Below are positions 34,463 to 46,761 of a DNA stretch of 64,000 nucleotides, piece after piece. The stretch is from assembly GCA_034780895.1 (NCBI GenBank), contig JAUZTB010000073.1:10223658-10287657 (forward strand). Reading direction: 5' to 3'. Both the position numbers and the translations under genes were made by a program. Each line of letters begins with the position of its first letter. Within the stretch, counting starts at the first letter, position 1. The stretch is from Rhynchobatus australiae. Taxonomy: Eukaryota. The notes beneath the pieces are model-generated. The model did no database searches. It was not told the DNA's origin and worked only from the letters and a program-made list of their open reading frames with translations.

Positions 34463-35837
34463 ACTATCTACAAGTATGCAGGATAACAGTTGTATACAGA
34501 GCAGAGCTGATCTGGGTTCTGAGGCAATGCCAGTGTCAGTAATGCAGCATAGAGTCTGCTTATTGGATAAGAAGATGGGAAACACCAGATAGATTCAAAA
34601 ATAGGTGTGTTGATTACCATCTCTGATTCACCCCTGTTTGTACAACCCAGTGGAAGAAATGCAGCGAGTTGTGCTGCTGAGCCATTAGAGTGGTTACTCC
34701 ACAGAACCAGGCAAACATTCCTATTCCTTGCCTTACTGCTTCAATAAGGATCAAATCATTAGTGTCTTGCACCAGTTACAGATAATCCAGACTGCATCTA
34801 TTCAAAGAAAAAGATGCTGACAGGGATTCTACAATTGAAACTGACCTTAGAGAAATTCATTGATAGCATTATATAGGAGACATTGCTCTTTGTCAATGCA
34901 GTAGAGGCTGTGACACAGGAGGAACTGAGTGTGCCTGTTTCTGTAGGGTACCCAGATTTCAGACACACACTGTCAGGGAAGTGGAGCAAGTTAGGTTTTG
35001 GTCGTTGATGCCAGAAGTCAAGCCTTGAGGACTTGAATGCAGTGCCACAAGAAGTTCAATTATATTGTACATCTGGTTAAGGTCAGATCCATCTTCAACA
35101 CAAGGTCAACACTGCATGTCAATTATCATCATGACCTTGATTCTTGCATGCTTCTGACTAGCGTGAGCATTCTGCAACCTTATGTCCTTACCAATGTAAT
35201 TCATGCTCCTGTAATAGACTTTAGGGGTTGAATATCCTACTCCAGCTTCTGTGCAACAAGCCTGAGTGGTAGAATGGCATTCTCTTAGTCCTGTGTAGCA
35301 AGGCCTCAGGGCTTGAACCTGTCAGATTGCTGTATGTGTGACCTTCAGAGGCTTCTCTGGCAAAGATCATCTGGGTCTTATTCCTTTGTTAAAGAACTTC
35401 AAAAAAGGTCAGACTACCACATCTGTAAAGGCGAGGAGAGATGACAAGGTAAATTAACGGCTCAATTAATGGCAAGGTGGTGTTTCAGATGTATGTTGAT
35501 CCACTTTGGGTGGGGGGTGTTAGAAAATAATAAGGCTTTGAATAATTTATGAAGATATTAAAGTGGAATTTCAAATGAATGATGTTACATGGAGAAAGAA
35601 GCACGTAGGATTATTAAATAAACATTATCAAAAGTTGAATTATTCCTTATAACTGACAGTAACAGAAATAGCGTTGAATATGTCAGAATACAGTATGCAC
35701 AGTGAATCAAGAATGATCTGGATTGAAAACGGTTAATCTGTCTATTGAAAACCCTCTAAAATTTCAGCTCTTCCAAAGAATTTAGTGACGCAGGAAAGCT
35801 AATTAATGGTATCCAGGCACAAGTACCTGATGCCTAA

Positions 35838-35851
35838 GTTGCTATGGATAC
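35838..35851. promoter_or_regulatory. RFX X-box-like palindrome GTTGCTATGGATAC
   Basis: Close match to the X-box consensus GTTGCCATGGCAAC, in non-repeat sequence. Confidence 0.45.
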
Positions 35852-35959
35852 TCTGCAAGGTTTTTGCCTCCCTCTAGTTTCATTCATTCACTTGGATTAT
35901 AATTTTCATTGGATTGTGATAGGCATTTATTAAGATTTTCTGGGGAGGTTTATGTTGCT

Positions 35960-36632
35960 TTAAAACAAAAGCAAACTCTGAATGCCTGAGCTATGAAATT
36001 AAAAGTGGGATGTACACAGCTGATCTGAAAAGGTGAAAAGGCCATAAATGGTTTGATCACTGATTCTTCATTGGGCTACATTGGAAAGTAAGTGAGTTCT
36101 CTCAGTAAAACTACAAAATTGAAATGGTTTGGGGTCGGGAACAGATGTGGGTAGGGGTAATGGGAGAGTGAAACAAATTTTTAAAAATCAGGTTTGCTGA
36201 TTCCTATACAGATTTAATGATTTGATATCTGCTCATCAGCAACACTGGCAAAGTGGTAGGAACAGAAGGATTATACACTGAGGTAATTATGGATAACCAT
36301 TAGGAGAAAAAAAAATATACGAAGGTAGCCAAATGATAATCAAGATGCTTGAGAAAGATTCACAAAAAATCATCAGGCAATCGGAGACATGGAGATGATA
36401 ACTAAGTGGTTAAATTCATTGCTCAGGTCAGTGAGTTGTGGTGCCTGGATGTAAAATGGGATCTTTTTCTTGAAGGTGGGTATTGATCTAAAGTGTAGAA
36501 ACCAAAGATGGAGAACTCTGATGGGAAATAGGAGAGACTGATCAACCAACAAGCTAGAAGTTCAGCAAAGTGGTTGCCTGCTCTGCGTTTGATCTCCTCA
36601 TTGTAGAGGGCACATTTCCAGGATGATTGAAT
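35960..36632 (-). mobile_element. Penelope-like element 3' relic with GIY-YIG endonuclease remnant
   Basis: IQSSWKCALYNEEIKRRAGNHFAELLA resembles CIRCS.CGLLYIGETKRRLGDRFAEHL. Decayed terminal repeat near 35960-36070. Confidence 0.7.
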
Positions 36633-36634
36633 TA

Positions 36635-36795
36635 AACATAAGATCAAAGAAACTGAAGCAGGTGAAGGCAATCCGGTCCCTCCAGCCCATTCCATTTCCA
36701 AATTGATCAGGGTTGACCTTTTAACTCAGCATCACTTTACTGCACTACACCATATCCTTTGATTTCCTTAAGCACACAAATCTATCAATCTCTTT
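36635..36795 (-). mobile_element. CR1 3' tail fragment
   Basis: aacataag..gaagcagg..aggc.atccggtccctc.agcc..ccatatcctttgatttcctta..aatctatcaatctc. Confidence 0.75.
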
Positions 36796-37640
36796 CAAAT
36801 TGCTCTTAACTACCCAATCAAATTCTATTAAAAATTTTACATACATAAATCAGATCGTGTCAATGAGTGCTTGCTCATTTATAAAACTTGTTCTCAACAT
36901 TTAACAATGCAATCTCTAATAACTTTCAGATAAGAACCCAAAATCACAGAAGTGTTTAAGAGGTTGGTCGAAGGAAGAAAGTCACTTACATAGAGAACAG
37001 TTTTAAGATAAAATGATGCTAGTTCAGAAGGAAGAGAACAAGGGCTTTGTGTATATTAGGCAAGCAGCAGAAAATAGTTAAGGTAGTGGAATGAAAAGAT
37101 GAAAGGTGGCAGCACAGGAAATTATGATTTCCTCTTTGTTTCTGGGCTCATGGTCAGGAAGCTCAAAGGAATGGCTCTTAAAGACACAGCTTTCTTTTGT
37201 TGTGTAATTTGTCAGAATGTTTGAAGGGAAAATAGTCAATTCAATGGAAGATCGAAAAATCCTGAAATGCCGAAAAATCCTGATACAGAGCCCATTATTT
37301 TTCTGTGTCATGCAATCAAATTTTATATAACCCTAGTAACCAAATGAGATTAAGTACCTAGTTTGTGGATGAGGTGGATTTACATCAACATTTTCTTCGA
37401 CCTGAAAGCATTTGGGATAATCTGTTTCTTTAACCATACAACATGGGATTGATAAAGAGCCTGGGCTTTGTAAGCAAGATCAAGCCTTAACAAAAGTGTT
37501 GAACCTGTTCCTGAATGGGATAAAAGTCCCTTTTCTACCTGAGCTGCTGCCAGAGAGTCTACCAATAAGAATTCATCATTTTTCTTTGAGATAAGTTCCA
37601 TTTTATCCATACCTGGAATGACTGCTTGCAAACATTTTCT

Positions 37641-37910
37641 TTGATCTATGTTTAGATCCCTCCCTGAATCTTTACTTCAGTCCTCGATCTAGCTGATCAT
37701 CTGCTTGACACTTTTTGATCTCCTCCCCACTCCCTTATCACCCATCTGACACCAACTCCTTGAATCTCCTTCCAGCCCCTCCTTGATGCTTGACTGTTTC
37801 CCCTTGATCATCTCCCAGCCACTTTGATCTTCTCCTTAGCCCTATCAGTCATCTTCAACCTCCCTTGATCCTGTCCTCCATTTATCTGCCCCATCCAATG
37901 ATCTTCCCAC
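37641..37910 (+). repeat. Degenerate pyrimidine-rich array with recurring TTGATC/TGATC cores
   Basis: GATC-centred motifs recur roughly every 20-40 nt in a C/T-rich tract. Confidence 0.55.
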
Positions 37911-38653
37911 CACTACATTCTTAATTGCTGTGAAATCATGGGTTGGGCTTGCAAGTACACAGACTAACACGTTTCAAACAAACAAGACTGCATGTTCAAA
38001 GAGAGACAGGTTAAGCTCCAAGTCTCCTTGTTGCTCACTCCACCTTTTGCTTCTCTCACTCTCACTGTGTAAATGGTCAGAGCTGGAATCTAAGGTGTTT
38101 TGACAAGCTCAGATATAAGTTGTAAGTTACATAGCAATTGTTATCTCCAATGGAAGGGTAGACCACTGATGACATTGCAGCCTCAGGATCATTGCTAGTG
38201 GCCATAGCGCTATCCATGTTTCTATGTTATCCACTGTAGTCTATGCTCCTGACCCTCATGAAAAATGAGGACTTAGTGTACCCAGAGTTACGGATCAGCA
38301 GATATGATTTGACATGCAGTACTTTAGTTACTTCATGTGAGGAACAGTATTTTCCATGTGGCTCAAAAGCTGGGCATATTTGATGCCACAAACAATTTGT
38401 AAGACAGGTTTCAGTTTTGCTGTCGATGGTCTAAGGTCTTTAAGATGTGAGATAACTCAACTGTCCATTACAGCCAATGTACTTCATGGCTGCACCTCAG
38501 TCTTCTGTCATAGTCCTAAATGTTTGTATGAATTACCCTGTAAGAAGCTGTAGAACTCCCACCTAGCTTGCTACCTGAGGTTCTGCCCTTTGTACTCCAC
38601 AGTTCTGGTGAGTGTCATTCAGCTTCTGTTCTGTTGTCTGTTGATAGAACTGG

Positions 38654-38884
38654 CTGAACACTGTGCTCACAGATGTAAATTACCAAGGCATTAATTCTAT
38701 TATTTAACTGCTTTTGAGGTGATCATTTTATTTAAACAGTGGCAGCCTAGAGTAATGCTTTGATACCATGGGTTGGATTTTCATTCCAGAATAGATTCTG
38801 TACCATGCTGCGTCTTTTAACATTAGATCAACTTGCTAATGGCTGCCTGAGGGGGGAGAATTACCAAGCGCAAAAATAGCTTTG
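38654..38884 (+). repeat. Long inverted repeat, left arm
   Basis: Reverse complement of 39984-40212. 38759-38800 matches 40072-40113 exactly (42 nt). Confidence 0.95.
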
Positions 38885-39983
38885 TGCAAAGGGATATGAC
38901 AAACTAACTGTTAACCCATTAAAGGATTTTAGTTTTATGTAAAAATATTTTGTTCATTTTGCTCAGAGTTTTACCCTTTTCCTGTCAGTCTGTGATGTAC
39001 AGCCAGAGAAAAAAAAACTTTAGCACATGTTGATATGTCAGTACTTTGACATCGGTGACTCCAGGGAGTTCTGGAAGTCTTCGCAAAATCGCTGTGTATC
39101 AACAGACAAACACAGATTGCTGCCTTGTACAAATAGACTGAGAATAAATTTGTATTTAAATTTCAATAAACAAGAGACAGAATTTCAGATAGCAAGCGAG
39201 GTGAGAGTTCTACAGCTTTACATAAGGTATTTTGTACAAACATTTAGGACAAGGAGAGAGGTGAATCCATGAAGTCCATCAGCTGTAATGGACAGTTACA
39301 TTATTTCATGTCTTAAAAATGTTAGACTATTTACAGCAAAACCGAAATCTGATAAATTGTCTGTGGCATCAAATATACGCAGCTTTTGATGTTTGATAGT
39401 GTTTACATTGAAGGAATCCAATATAAACCATACTTCAATCAAGCCTGTGAATGTTTTCCTTGTCTTATGGTGATTATATATTTCCATAAATGTGTTAGTG
39501 CATTCACATAATAGACTTCAGTGACAGAGTATTAATAAATATGATTTTATTCTCTGCAATCTGCCGATGCAGATTCACATACAAAATACTGACTATGAAT
39601 TTCTCAACACAGGAGTTTTATTTAAGAGATAAATTTAATGGTAGTTATTAACTGTATACATTGGATATTCTGGATGTCTTTTATCCATTCAGTTCGGTAA
39701 ATAGTCCTGTGAATGGGATCACAGGTCATGCAGGATGGGACAATCAGTATCCTCAGTAAATCCACGTTAATAACTTAATGCAATTGTCACCATCATGAAA
39801 GTCATGGTAAATTGTTGCAATTTATGGAACCATCTGCAATAATCTGTGAGAGAAAATTTGATGTAGACAGTAAATTTTTCTTGAAGTTGACCGTGCTTTT
39901 CTTATCCATTAATATATCCAACTTCAGACTGCCTTGAATCCTAGAGATTTTACTTGTGGCAGTCAAATGACATTGTACTAGAC

Positions 39984-40212
39984 CAAAGCTATTTTTGCAC
40001 TTGGTAATTGCCCCCCCTCAGGCAGCCATTAGCAAGCAAGTTGATCTGATGTGAAAAGACATTATCCGAGTCAGAATCTATTCTGGAATGAAAATCCAAC
40101 CCATGGTATCAAAAACCTAGGCTATCACTGTTTAAATAAAATATCCACCTCAAAAGCAATTGAATAATAAAATTAATGCCTTAGTAATTTACATTAGTGA
40201 GCATAAGTTCAG
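39984..40212 (-). repeat. Long inverted repeat, right arm
   Basis: caaagctatttttgcacttggtaatt..ccccctcaggcagccattagcaag..cagaatctattctggaatgaaaatccaacccatggtatcaaa..aattaatgcctt.gtaatttacat is the reverse complement of the left arm. Confidence 0.95.
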
Positions 40213-40915
40213 AAAAGATCTAAGTGTTCTAGTGCATGAATCACAAAATGTTAGTTAAGAAGGCTAATGGCATGTTGACCTTTACTGCAAAGTGATTGGA
40301 GGTTAAGAATAAGGCTGTTTTGCTACAGTTGTACAGGGTATTCATGAGGCCACTTCTTGAATATTGTGGACAGTCTTGGTCCCCTTATCTATAAAAAGGA
40401 AATAGTGGCATTAGAAGCAGTCCAAAGAAGATTCACCAGGTTAATTCTGGGATGAGTGGGTTATCCTATCAAGAGAGGCTGGATAGTTTAGTTGTGTATT
40501 CCTTGGAGATTAGAAGAATAAGGAGTTAATTTATTTGAACATGTAAGATTCTAAGGAGGCTTCACAGGGTAGATGTTGAGATGTTTTCTCTTGTGAAAGA
40601 GCATCACAAACAAGGGGACTTCGATATAAAATAAGGGACCAGTCATTTAAAATTGTGGTGTGTGGAAAGTTCTTTTCTCAGAGGGTAGTGAATCTCAAGA
40701 ATTCTCCTCCCCACAGGGAGGTGGAGGTCAGATCATTTGATATGTTTAAGGTGGTGAAAGATAAACATCTGAAATGTCAAGGAATTGAGGGTCATGGGGA
40801 AATGACACGGAAGAGGTGCTGAGGCCAGCATAGATCAGCCACGATTGTATTGAATGGCAGGGCAGACTCGATGGGCCTGATGGCCTCCTCCTGCTCCTTT
40901 TGTCTTGTGTTCTTG
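40207..40915 (+). mobile_element. CR1 LINE 3' portion (5'-truncated)
   Basis: DLSVLVHESQ, KANGMLTF.AK, LLQLYRV.MRPLLEYC.Q.WSPYL, ALEAVQRRFTRL and FFSQRVVNL motifs, plus the CR1 tail. Confidence 0.95.
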
Positions 40916-43639
40916 CATAATGGGAGAGCAGTTATCAACATGAGGTTAGGCTGTGCGCATCTGCCGACAGGTGGAGCCATGGTGGAGCCAGCAGTTCCTG
41001 GCTCTTGTTGTCAGGCCCAGGCCTGAGTGGGTGGCAGTACCAGACATGGTTCCAGGCTCTCCGAGCCTCAGAGGTTTGGCGTAGCACACCTGGATATGGC
41101 ACAATGGACCCCATGCTCAGAAGCAGGAAGAAGCTCATGTGGCCTCCACTTCTCTGTTTTTTGGGTGGTGCAGGACCAGCAGACCAGTCGTGGTGATGTA
41201 GTGGCTGCCTCTTGCTCTGCGACCGATATTGGTCATGGAGGGTCATATCTCTGAATGACCTGCCTGTCACCCATCAGCTTTTTGCAAAAGCTTTGGCTTT
41301 TGGAAGATATGGTTGGTGTACTCCCTGCACAACCTGAGGGTTCATTCGGGCACCTGTTGACCCGGCATGTGTCCTCACTCAGGGCTGGTGAGAACAGCTG
41401 CTGACTGTTACCTTTGCCTACGGATGGAAACCGAATACATCTTGAGACATGATATAAAATGGGAAGTTTGGAAGCCTCTGGGTTGCCACAGTGTGCCACC
41501 TTTTTCATTCATCTCTCAGTTTGACTTGCATGAGATTCAATGTGAGTTCCAAGACACTTGTAATTCAAGAGAATCACCATCCTTATCAAGCAGAGATGAG
41601 TGAGAAATGCTGTGCTAAGTCTTTCTCAGCTGAGTTATTGAGTAGTCTGTCTCAGTGCCACAGATAATATGGTATCCAATTCAATCCATATCAGTTAGCA
41701 CCAATTTACTCCCACTTGTCTTCTTGGTGTGCAGTTCATTGGCCTGGCTTGCAGAACTACACATCACTTTGATGATGTTGACCAGGTAATGATCTTAGCA
41801 AGCAATGAAGCGGGCCAAACAGACCCCTGAGAAATTCTGCATTGGTGCTGCAGAAACCCATTCATCAGTTTTTTTTTGCATTAAACAGCTTCTGGTGCAC
41901 GATTAGGCAAGATATATTAAACTTACGATGTCAGNNNNNNNNNNNNNNNNNNNNNCAGCTAGAATCAGCAACGGTGCAGTTTTTCTGAACCATCTCTAAA
42001 TTGCAGAAATGACCATTATAGCAGTCATTTTTTTGGCCATTTATGTCCAATTCATTTTTAATTGTATTGCCTGCTGAATTTCCATCCATGATAACATCTA
42101 TCAGGTCACCACCTTTTGGACTTGTTTCGTATTCTGACCTCGTAACATTGTTGAATTGTTTGCAGCTGTGTTTTTCTCAGCAAGGATTGCTTCAGAAAAG
42201 AAGGCAGTTCTGTCGACATGGTATGACCTGATTGCACAGAAAGGATGCTTATATGAATGACATTTCATGCTGAAAGCAGAATTGCTGGAGCTGAAGAGAA
42301 CATTACACAAAAGAGAATGTGGCTGCAGCAGGTGACAACATGCTAGTTGGAAATGTGTGTCCTTTTCGTTCCGTGAGTAATGCTTTGCTAAGGAAGTCAA
42401 TAAATGGGAGAATGTAGAATTGAAGAATCTAAGTTCTTGCACCTTCAATAATGATCCATGGTGTTAACCTACAAAAATACTTTATTGATGAAAAGCTGGG
42501 GAAATAAATGATAAAATATCAATCCCACAACAAGTAACATCAGAAATAAAAGAATGCACATCAGCACTTCAGTTGAATGCCATTAAATGGGAGGAATTGA
42601 TAGTTTATTAATTATTCATATATGTTCCTACACAGAGTATGTTGACCTTGTACTTAAGTGATAGCTCCTACCTATTACATGCACACTTGACTCTGACATC
42701 ATTTCTCCCTGGTAATTGTGAAAATTATCCACAGTGACTNNNNNNNNNNNNNNNNNNNNNNNNNNNNNNNNNNNNNNNNNNNNNNNNNNNNNNNNNNNNN
42801 NNNNNNNNNNNNNNNNNNNNNNNNNNNNNNNNNNNNNNNNNNNNNNNNNNNNNNNNNNNNNNNNNNNNNNNNNNNNNNNNNNNNNNNNNNNNNNNNNNNN
42901 NNNNNNNNNNNNNNNNNNNNNNNNNNNNNNNNNNNNNNNNNNNNNNNNNNNNNNNNNNNNNNNNNNNNNNNNNNNNNNNNNNNNNNNNNNNNNNNNNNNN
43001 NNNNNNNNNNNNNNNNNNNNNNNNNNNNNNNNNNNNNNNNNNNNNNNNNNNNNNNNNNNNNNNNNNNNNNNNNNNNNNNNNNNNNNNNNNNNNNNNNNNN
43101 NNNNNNNNNNNNNNNNNNNNNNNNNNNNNNNNNNNNNNNNNNNNNNNNNNNNNNNNNNNNNNNNNNNNNNNNNNNNNNNNNNNNNNNNNNNNNNNNNNNN
43201 NNNNNNNNNNNNNNNNNNNNNNNNNNNNNNNNNNNNNNNNNNNNNNNNNNNNNNNNNNNNNNNNNNNNNNNNNNNNNNNNNNNNNNNNNNNNNNNNNNNN
43301 NNNNNNNNNNNNNNNNNNNNNNNNNNNNNNNNNNNNNNNNNNNNNNNNNNNNNNNNNNNNNNNNNNNNNNNNNNNNNNNNNNNNNNNNNNNNNNNNNNNN
43401 NNNNNNNNNNNNNNNNNNNNNNNNNNNNNNNNNNNNNNNNNNNNNNNNNNNNNNNNNNNNNNNNNNNNNNNNNNNNNNNNNNNNNNNNNNNNNNNNNNNN
43501 NNNNNNNNNNNNNNNNNNNNNNNNNNNNNNNNNNNNNNNNNNNNNNNNNNNNNNNNNNNNNNNNNNNNNNNNNNNNNNNNNNNNNNNNNNNNNNNNNNNN
43601 NNNNNNNNNNNNNNNNNNNNNNNNNNNNNNNNNNNGATC

Positions 43640-44105
43640 TGGCCATAATTAACATTGATAAAACAGATTACCAGGTCATTTATTTAACTATTGCTACAGG
43701 GCTCTGGAGTTTGCCAATTGTCTGTCGTGTTTCCTTATGTTGCAGTAATGGTAACACTTGAGTCGAATTCTGGCTCTGTTGACGGCACATGTTTCTGAGT
43801 CAGACCCTTGTGAAATCCAGCTGCACTCCAAAGGTCGAAGATTGAAGTTCTATGCGGAACTGAGGAAGTGCCGCTCTGGTTCAGTCTTTCAGATGCAACA
43901 ATCATCCAGGCCCCGAATAGCTCACTCAGATAGATGTAACAGATCCATGGCATCCTTGCTAATATTTATCCGTAACTGAAACACATTGTCTGGTGATTAT
44001 CACATTGTTTTCTGGGTTCTTGCTGTTTATAATCATGCGACCATGTTTCCATGATTTCAAAATAAAAATGCTGAATTGGCTGTAACGTGATTTGGTGTGT
44101 CACCA
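43640..44105 (+). mobile_element. Deu-domain SINE relics (SacSINE1/AmnSINE-like), two pieces
   Basis: actgagg.agtgc..gtctttcagatg..aggcccc..ctcag.tagatgtaa.agatcc.tggca..tcct.gc.aatatttatcc..tctggt.attatcacattg. Upstream piece aacagatta.c.ggtcatt. Confidence 0.75.
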
Positions 44106-44689
44106 AGAGCTGCACTCTCTCAGCAGAATAACATATGATGTGCATCCCAGAGTAAATTTCTATTTTTACAACTTTATATACCCAATCATAAATTGGCAGG
44201 TACAATCAAGAGAGCCAATCATCTGCTTTCCTCCATTGTCTCCTATTCTCTCGAACTCGAATTGCTCTCCCTTGTTGGCCCCTCATCTTGCTTCCTAAGC
44301 CAGTCTGTGAGTGATGGCTTGCCGAAGGACTATCTTGGAATGCAAAGGTAATCTTGGATTTTCATTACAGAAAAGCACCATCTTAAACCTCCCTCCTGTG
44401 CCTCGTGCTTCTCATCTTGAATAACAAGTGAAAGGAGCTTTTTTTGCATCAGGACTTGTGATTTTCTATTCGGCTGCCTTTGCCCCTTTTATCCCTTCCC
44501 TAACCCACCAGGCCAAACTACCCCTAATGCTCCCTGCTGTCCTCACCCTGAATGCCCAAACTTCTCCAGATTTTATCCCACCTCCCATTACCATCCTTTT
44601 AAGTACATCTTCTCCATGATACCTGCCTCCTGCTCTCTCAGTCCTTTTCACACCGTGCCGACATTCCTTCTTGGCCTCTTGATTAACAG

Positions 44690-44925
44690 TTTCCTCTCAT
44701 CCAAAACGCCACCCTGGATTCCTCTGTTTGACTGTTGAAACTCATCCTTTTCACAAGTCCTTGAATGTCAGCTTACTCTTAAATTTGTCCAGAATCCCGT
44801 GCTCTACTCCATCCACAGGTTTCTGCTCCACCGCTACCCCACAGTATTGAATTTCTGATTCTTATTTTCAGGTCCTTGTGTGGCCTTGCCCCTCACCAGC
44901 TCTTTAACCTACTCCATAATTTTAC
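44690..44925 (+). mobile_element. L2 LINE fragment
   Basis: SIEFLILIFRSLCGLAPHQLFNLL resembles RIEFKILILVFKSLHGLAPPYLCNLL. Confidence 0.65.
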
Positions 44926-45449
44926 TTGTTACCATGGTGAACTTTGGCACCATCAACATGATTCACCACACCATTTTCCCCCGAAGTTTCTGCTCCACCA
45001 TTCCGCTTTTCCCTTATTTTGTTCTTATCTATTGAATTGTAGTCAAAGAGCCACCTGCAACAGTTACTTCTCCCTGTTCTGCACCATTAGTTCCAGAGTT
45101 CCTTTGCTTCCTTAGAGTTCTCATTTACATGGTCTCTTTGGTTGCACCTTCTTCCTCACTATCAGCTCTCATGATTCCCTGATACTGTTTTTAATTGCTC
45201 ACATTGCTTGCCCGACATCAATTTAACTAAACATCGCAAAAGTTGAGTAAATTGTTCTGGCTGCCACCAAAAGCTCCATCTCTGGGCAAACTAAACCAGG
45301 TTGCTTACATCATCCGTGCAGTGAAAGTGCCCAAGATGATACTCCAACCATACATCCACTGCTTCAGTCAGATTGCTAACTTCTTCCTAATATCCTCTGT
45401 CTCTGACCCTGATTCAGTTTTATCAGTTGCCAAGTTCTCAGCCACATCT

Positions 45450-45780
45450 TCAGAATCATAGGACAAGAATATTTGCAACTCAGTGGAAGATCACACAGCC
45501 CACTGAAGCAGAATTATTGAGTCTAATCTCCCCTTCCAATACAAGGTTCATGGCCCTGCAGGTCATGGCTCTTCAAGGACATATCCTGGTATTTTTTAAT
45601 GTGTTAAGGATTCTCTCTCAAGGGAGATCCACATCCTGACCTTCCTCCTGGAGAAAAGAAAATTCCTCAGGTTCCTCCTCAACCATCAACCAACTACTTT
45701 GAGTCCACACCTCCTCGTCTTTGACGCCTCTCCTCATGGAAGTAGATTCATCCTGCTTACCTTTCTAATCCTACATATAA
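45450..45780 (-). mobile_element. Degenerate CR1 3' end inserted in L2 relic
   Basis: ccctgcaggtcatggctcttcaag..catatcc..ttttttaatgtgttaagg..ccacatcctgacc..cctcctggagaaaa..ttcctc. Confidence 0.6.
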
Positions 45781-45894
45781 TTACCTTCAAATGTGATCGG
45801 TCCAAAACTCCCCAGGCCAGCCTTGGGTTTTATTTTACCCCAGATTATCTTGTGCTCCTCTAAATGTTGACTGCTCGATTCTTAAGTCACACCA

Positions 45895-46280
45895 ATTCCC
45901 ATTCAACTATCACCCAGTACTTCTTGACACACTTTGGCTCCTGGTCTTGCAATCATTGTGTTTGAAGTTCTTGTCTTTGTTGTCAAATCTTTCCATGACA
46001 TTGTCCCTCCATAGTTCTGTCACCTCCACCTGCCCTGCAGGCTTTTGAGATTCTGCACTTCTCCATTTTTGGAAAATCTCCCATTTTAACAGCTCCATTC
46101 TTGGTAGCAGCATTTCGTGTCTTGGCTATAAGCTCTGAACTTCGCTGCCTAAATCTTTCTTCTTCTCCATCTCTCTCTCCTTCTTTAAAGTTTTCCTTAA
46201 AACATTATCTTCTTCTATAATTCCCTGTCAAATTTTGATTCATAACCTTCTGTAGCATATTGGGATATTTTGCTTGATAT
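45895..46280 (+). mobile_element. L2 LINE 3' end
   Basis: ITQ.LLDTLWLLV, VFVVKSFHDIVPP, SCLGYKL*TSLPKS..LS.SLSFFKVFLKT resemble L2 ITP.L..LHWLPV...LWNSLP..LR.S.SL..FK..LKTYLF. Confidence 0.8.
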
Positions 46281-46740
46281 TTGCAAGGTTTCTTGGCTGA
46301 GTCCAGGCAGACAAAGTCATTACTGAAAGGTTTCCAAGGCAATGATGTGTCACAGGTTGCATGCAACCTATAATGACTGTATTTTCAGAAGTGCACATAC
46401 ATTCTACGCAGATCACTGTATTTGAGTGCTACCATACAATGAATGAATCAATATACAACATTGTAAAATATTGCATGATTCATATGAATGTTTACCGGAA
46501 TGCTAAGGTGGTTTTTCAGTAAAGCTTAAAAGATGCATGCTCTTCATTGTCATTATACATATTAGGAAGGAGAAATCTGTGCAACAATTTTAGCCAAATA
46601 ATTGCAGTAATAATATATTTGCTGCTGAACCCAGTCAGTACTGAAGATGCGGAGATTGATATTACATTGATTACATCATTGACATAAAGCCCATTAGTGA
46701 ACTTTATGAACCATTAAAGATGATAGTCTAGGCTGACCAC

Positions 46741-46761
46741 AATGACCTTATAAAGGTCATT
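46741..46761. promoter_or_regulatory. Nuclear-receptor everted repeat TGACCT-N5-AGGTCA (contains NBRE AAAGGTCA)
   Basis: aatgaccttataaaggtcatt is a near-perfect 21-nt palindrome with two exact AGGTCA half-sites, in repeat-free AT-rich sequence. Confidence 0.45.

Noticed and set aside
42166-42226. Plus-strand mini-exon (ttgcag|...catg|gtatga); similar strong acceptors near 1939, 23269 and 47569
   Set aside because: No recognisable peptide, and such pseudo-splice sites are expected by chance in 64 kb.
42699-43761. Long ORFs of 300+ aa (also at 16.7-17.4, 25.1-25.6 and 55.0-55.8 kb)
   Set aside because: They run through N gaps; the translation is almost all X.
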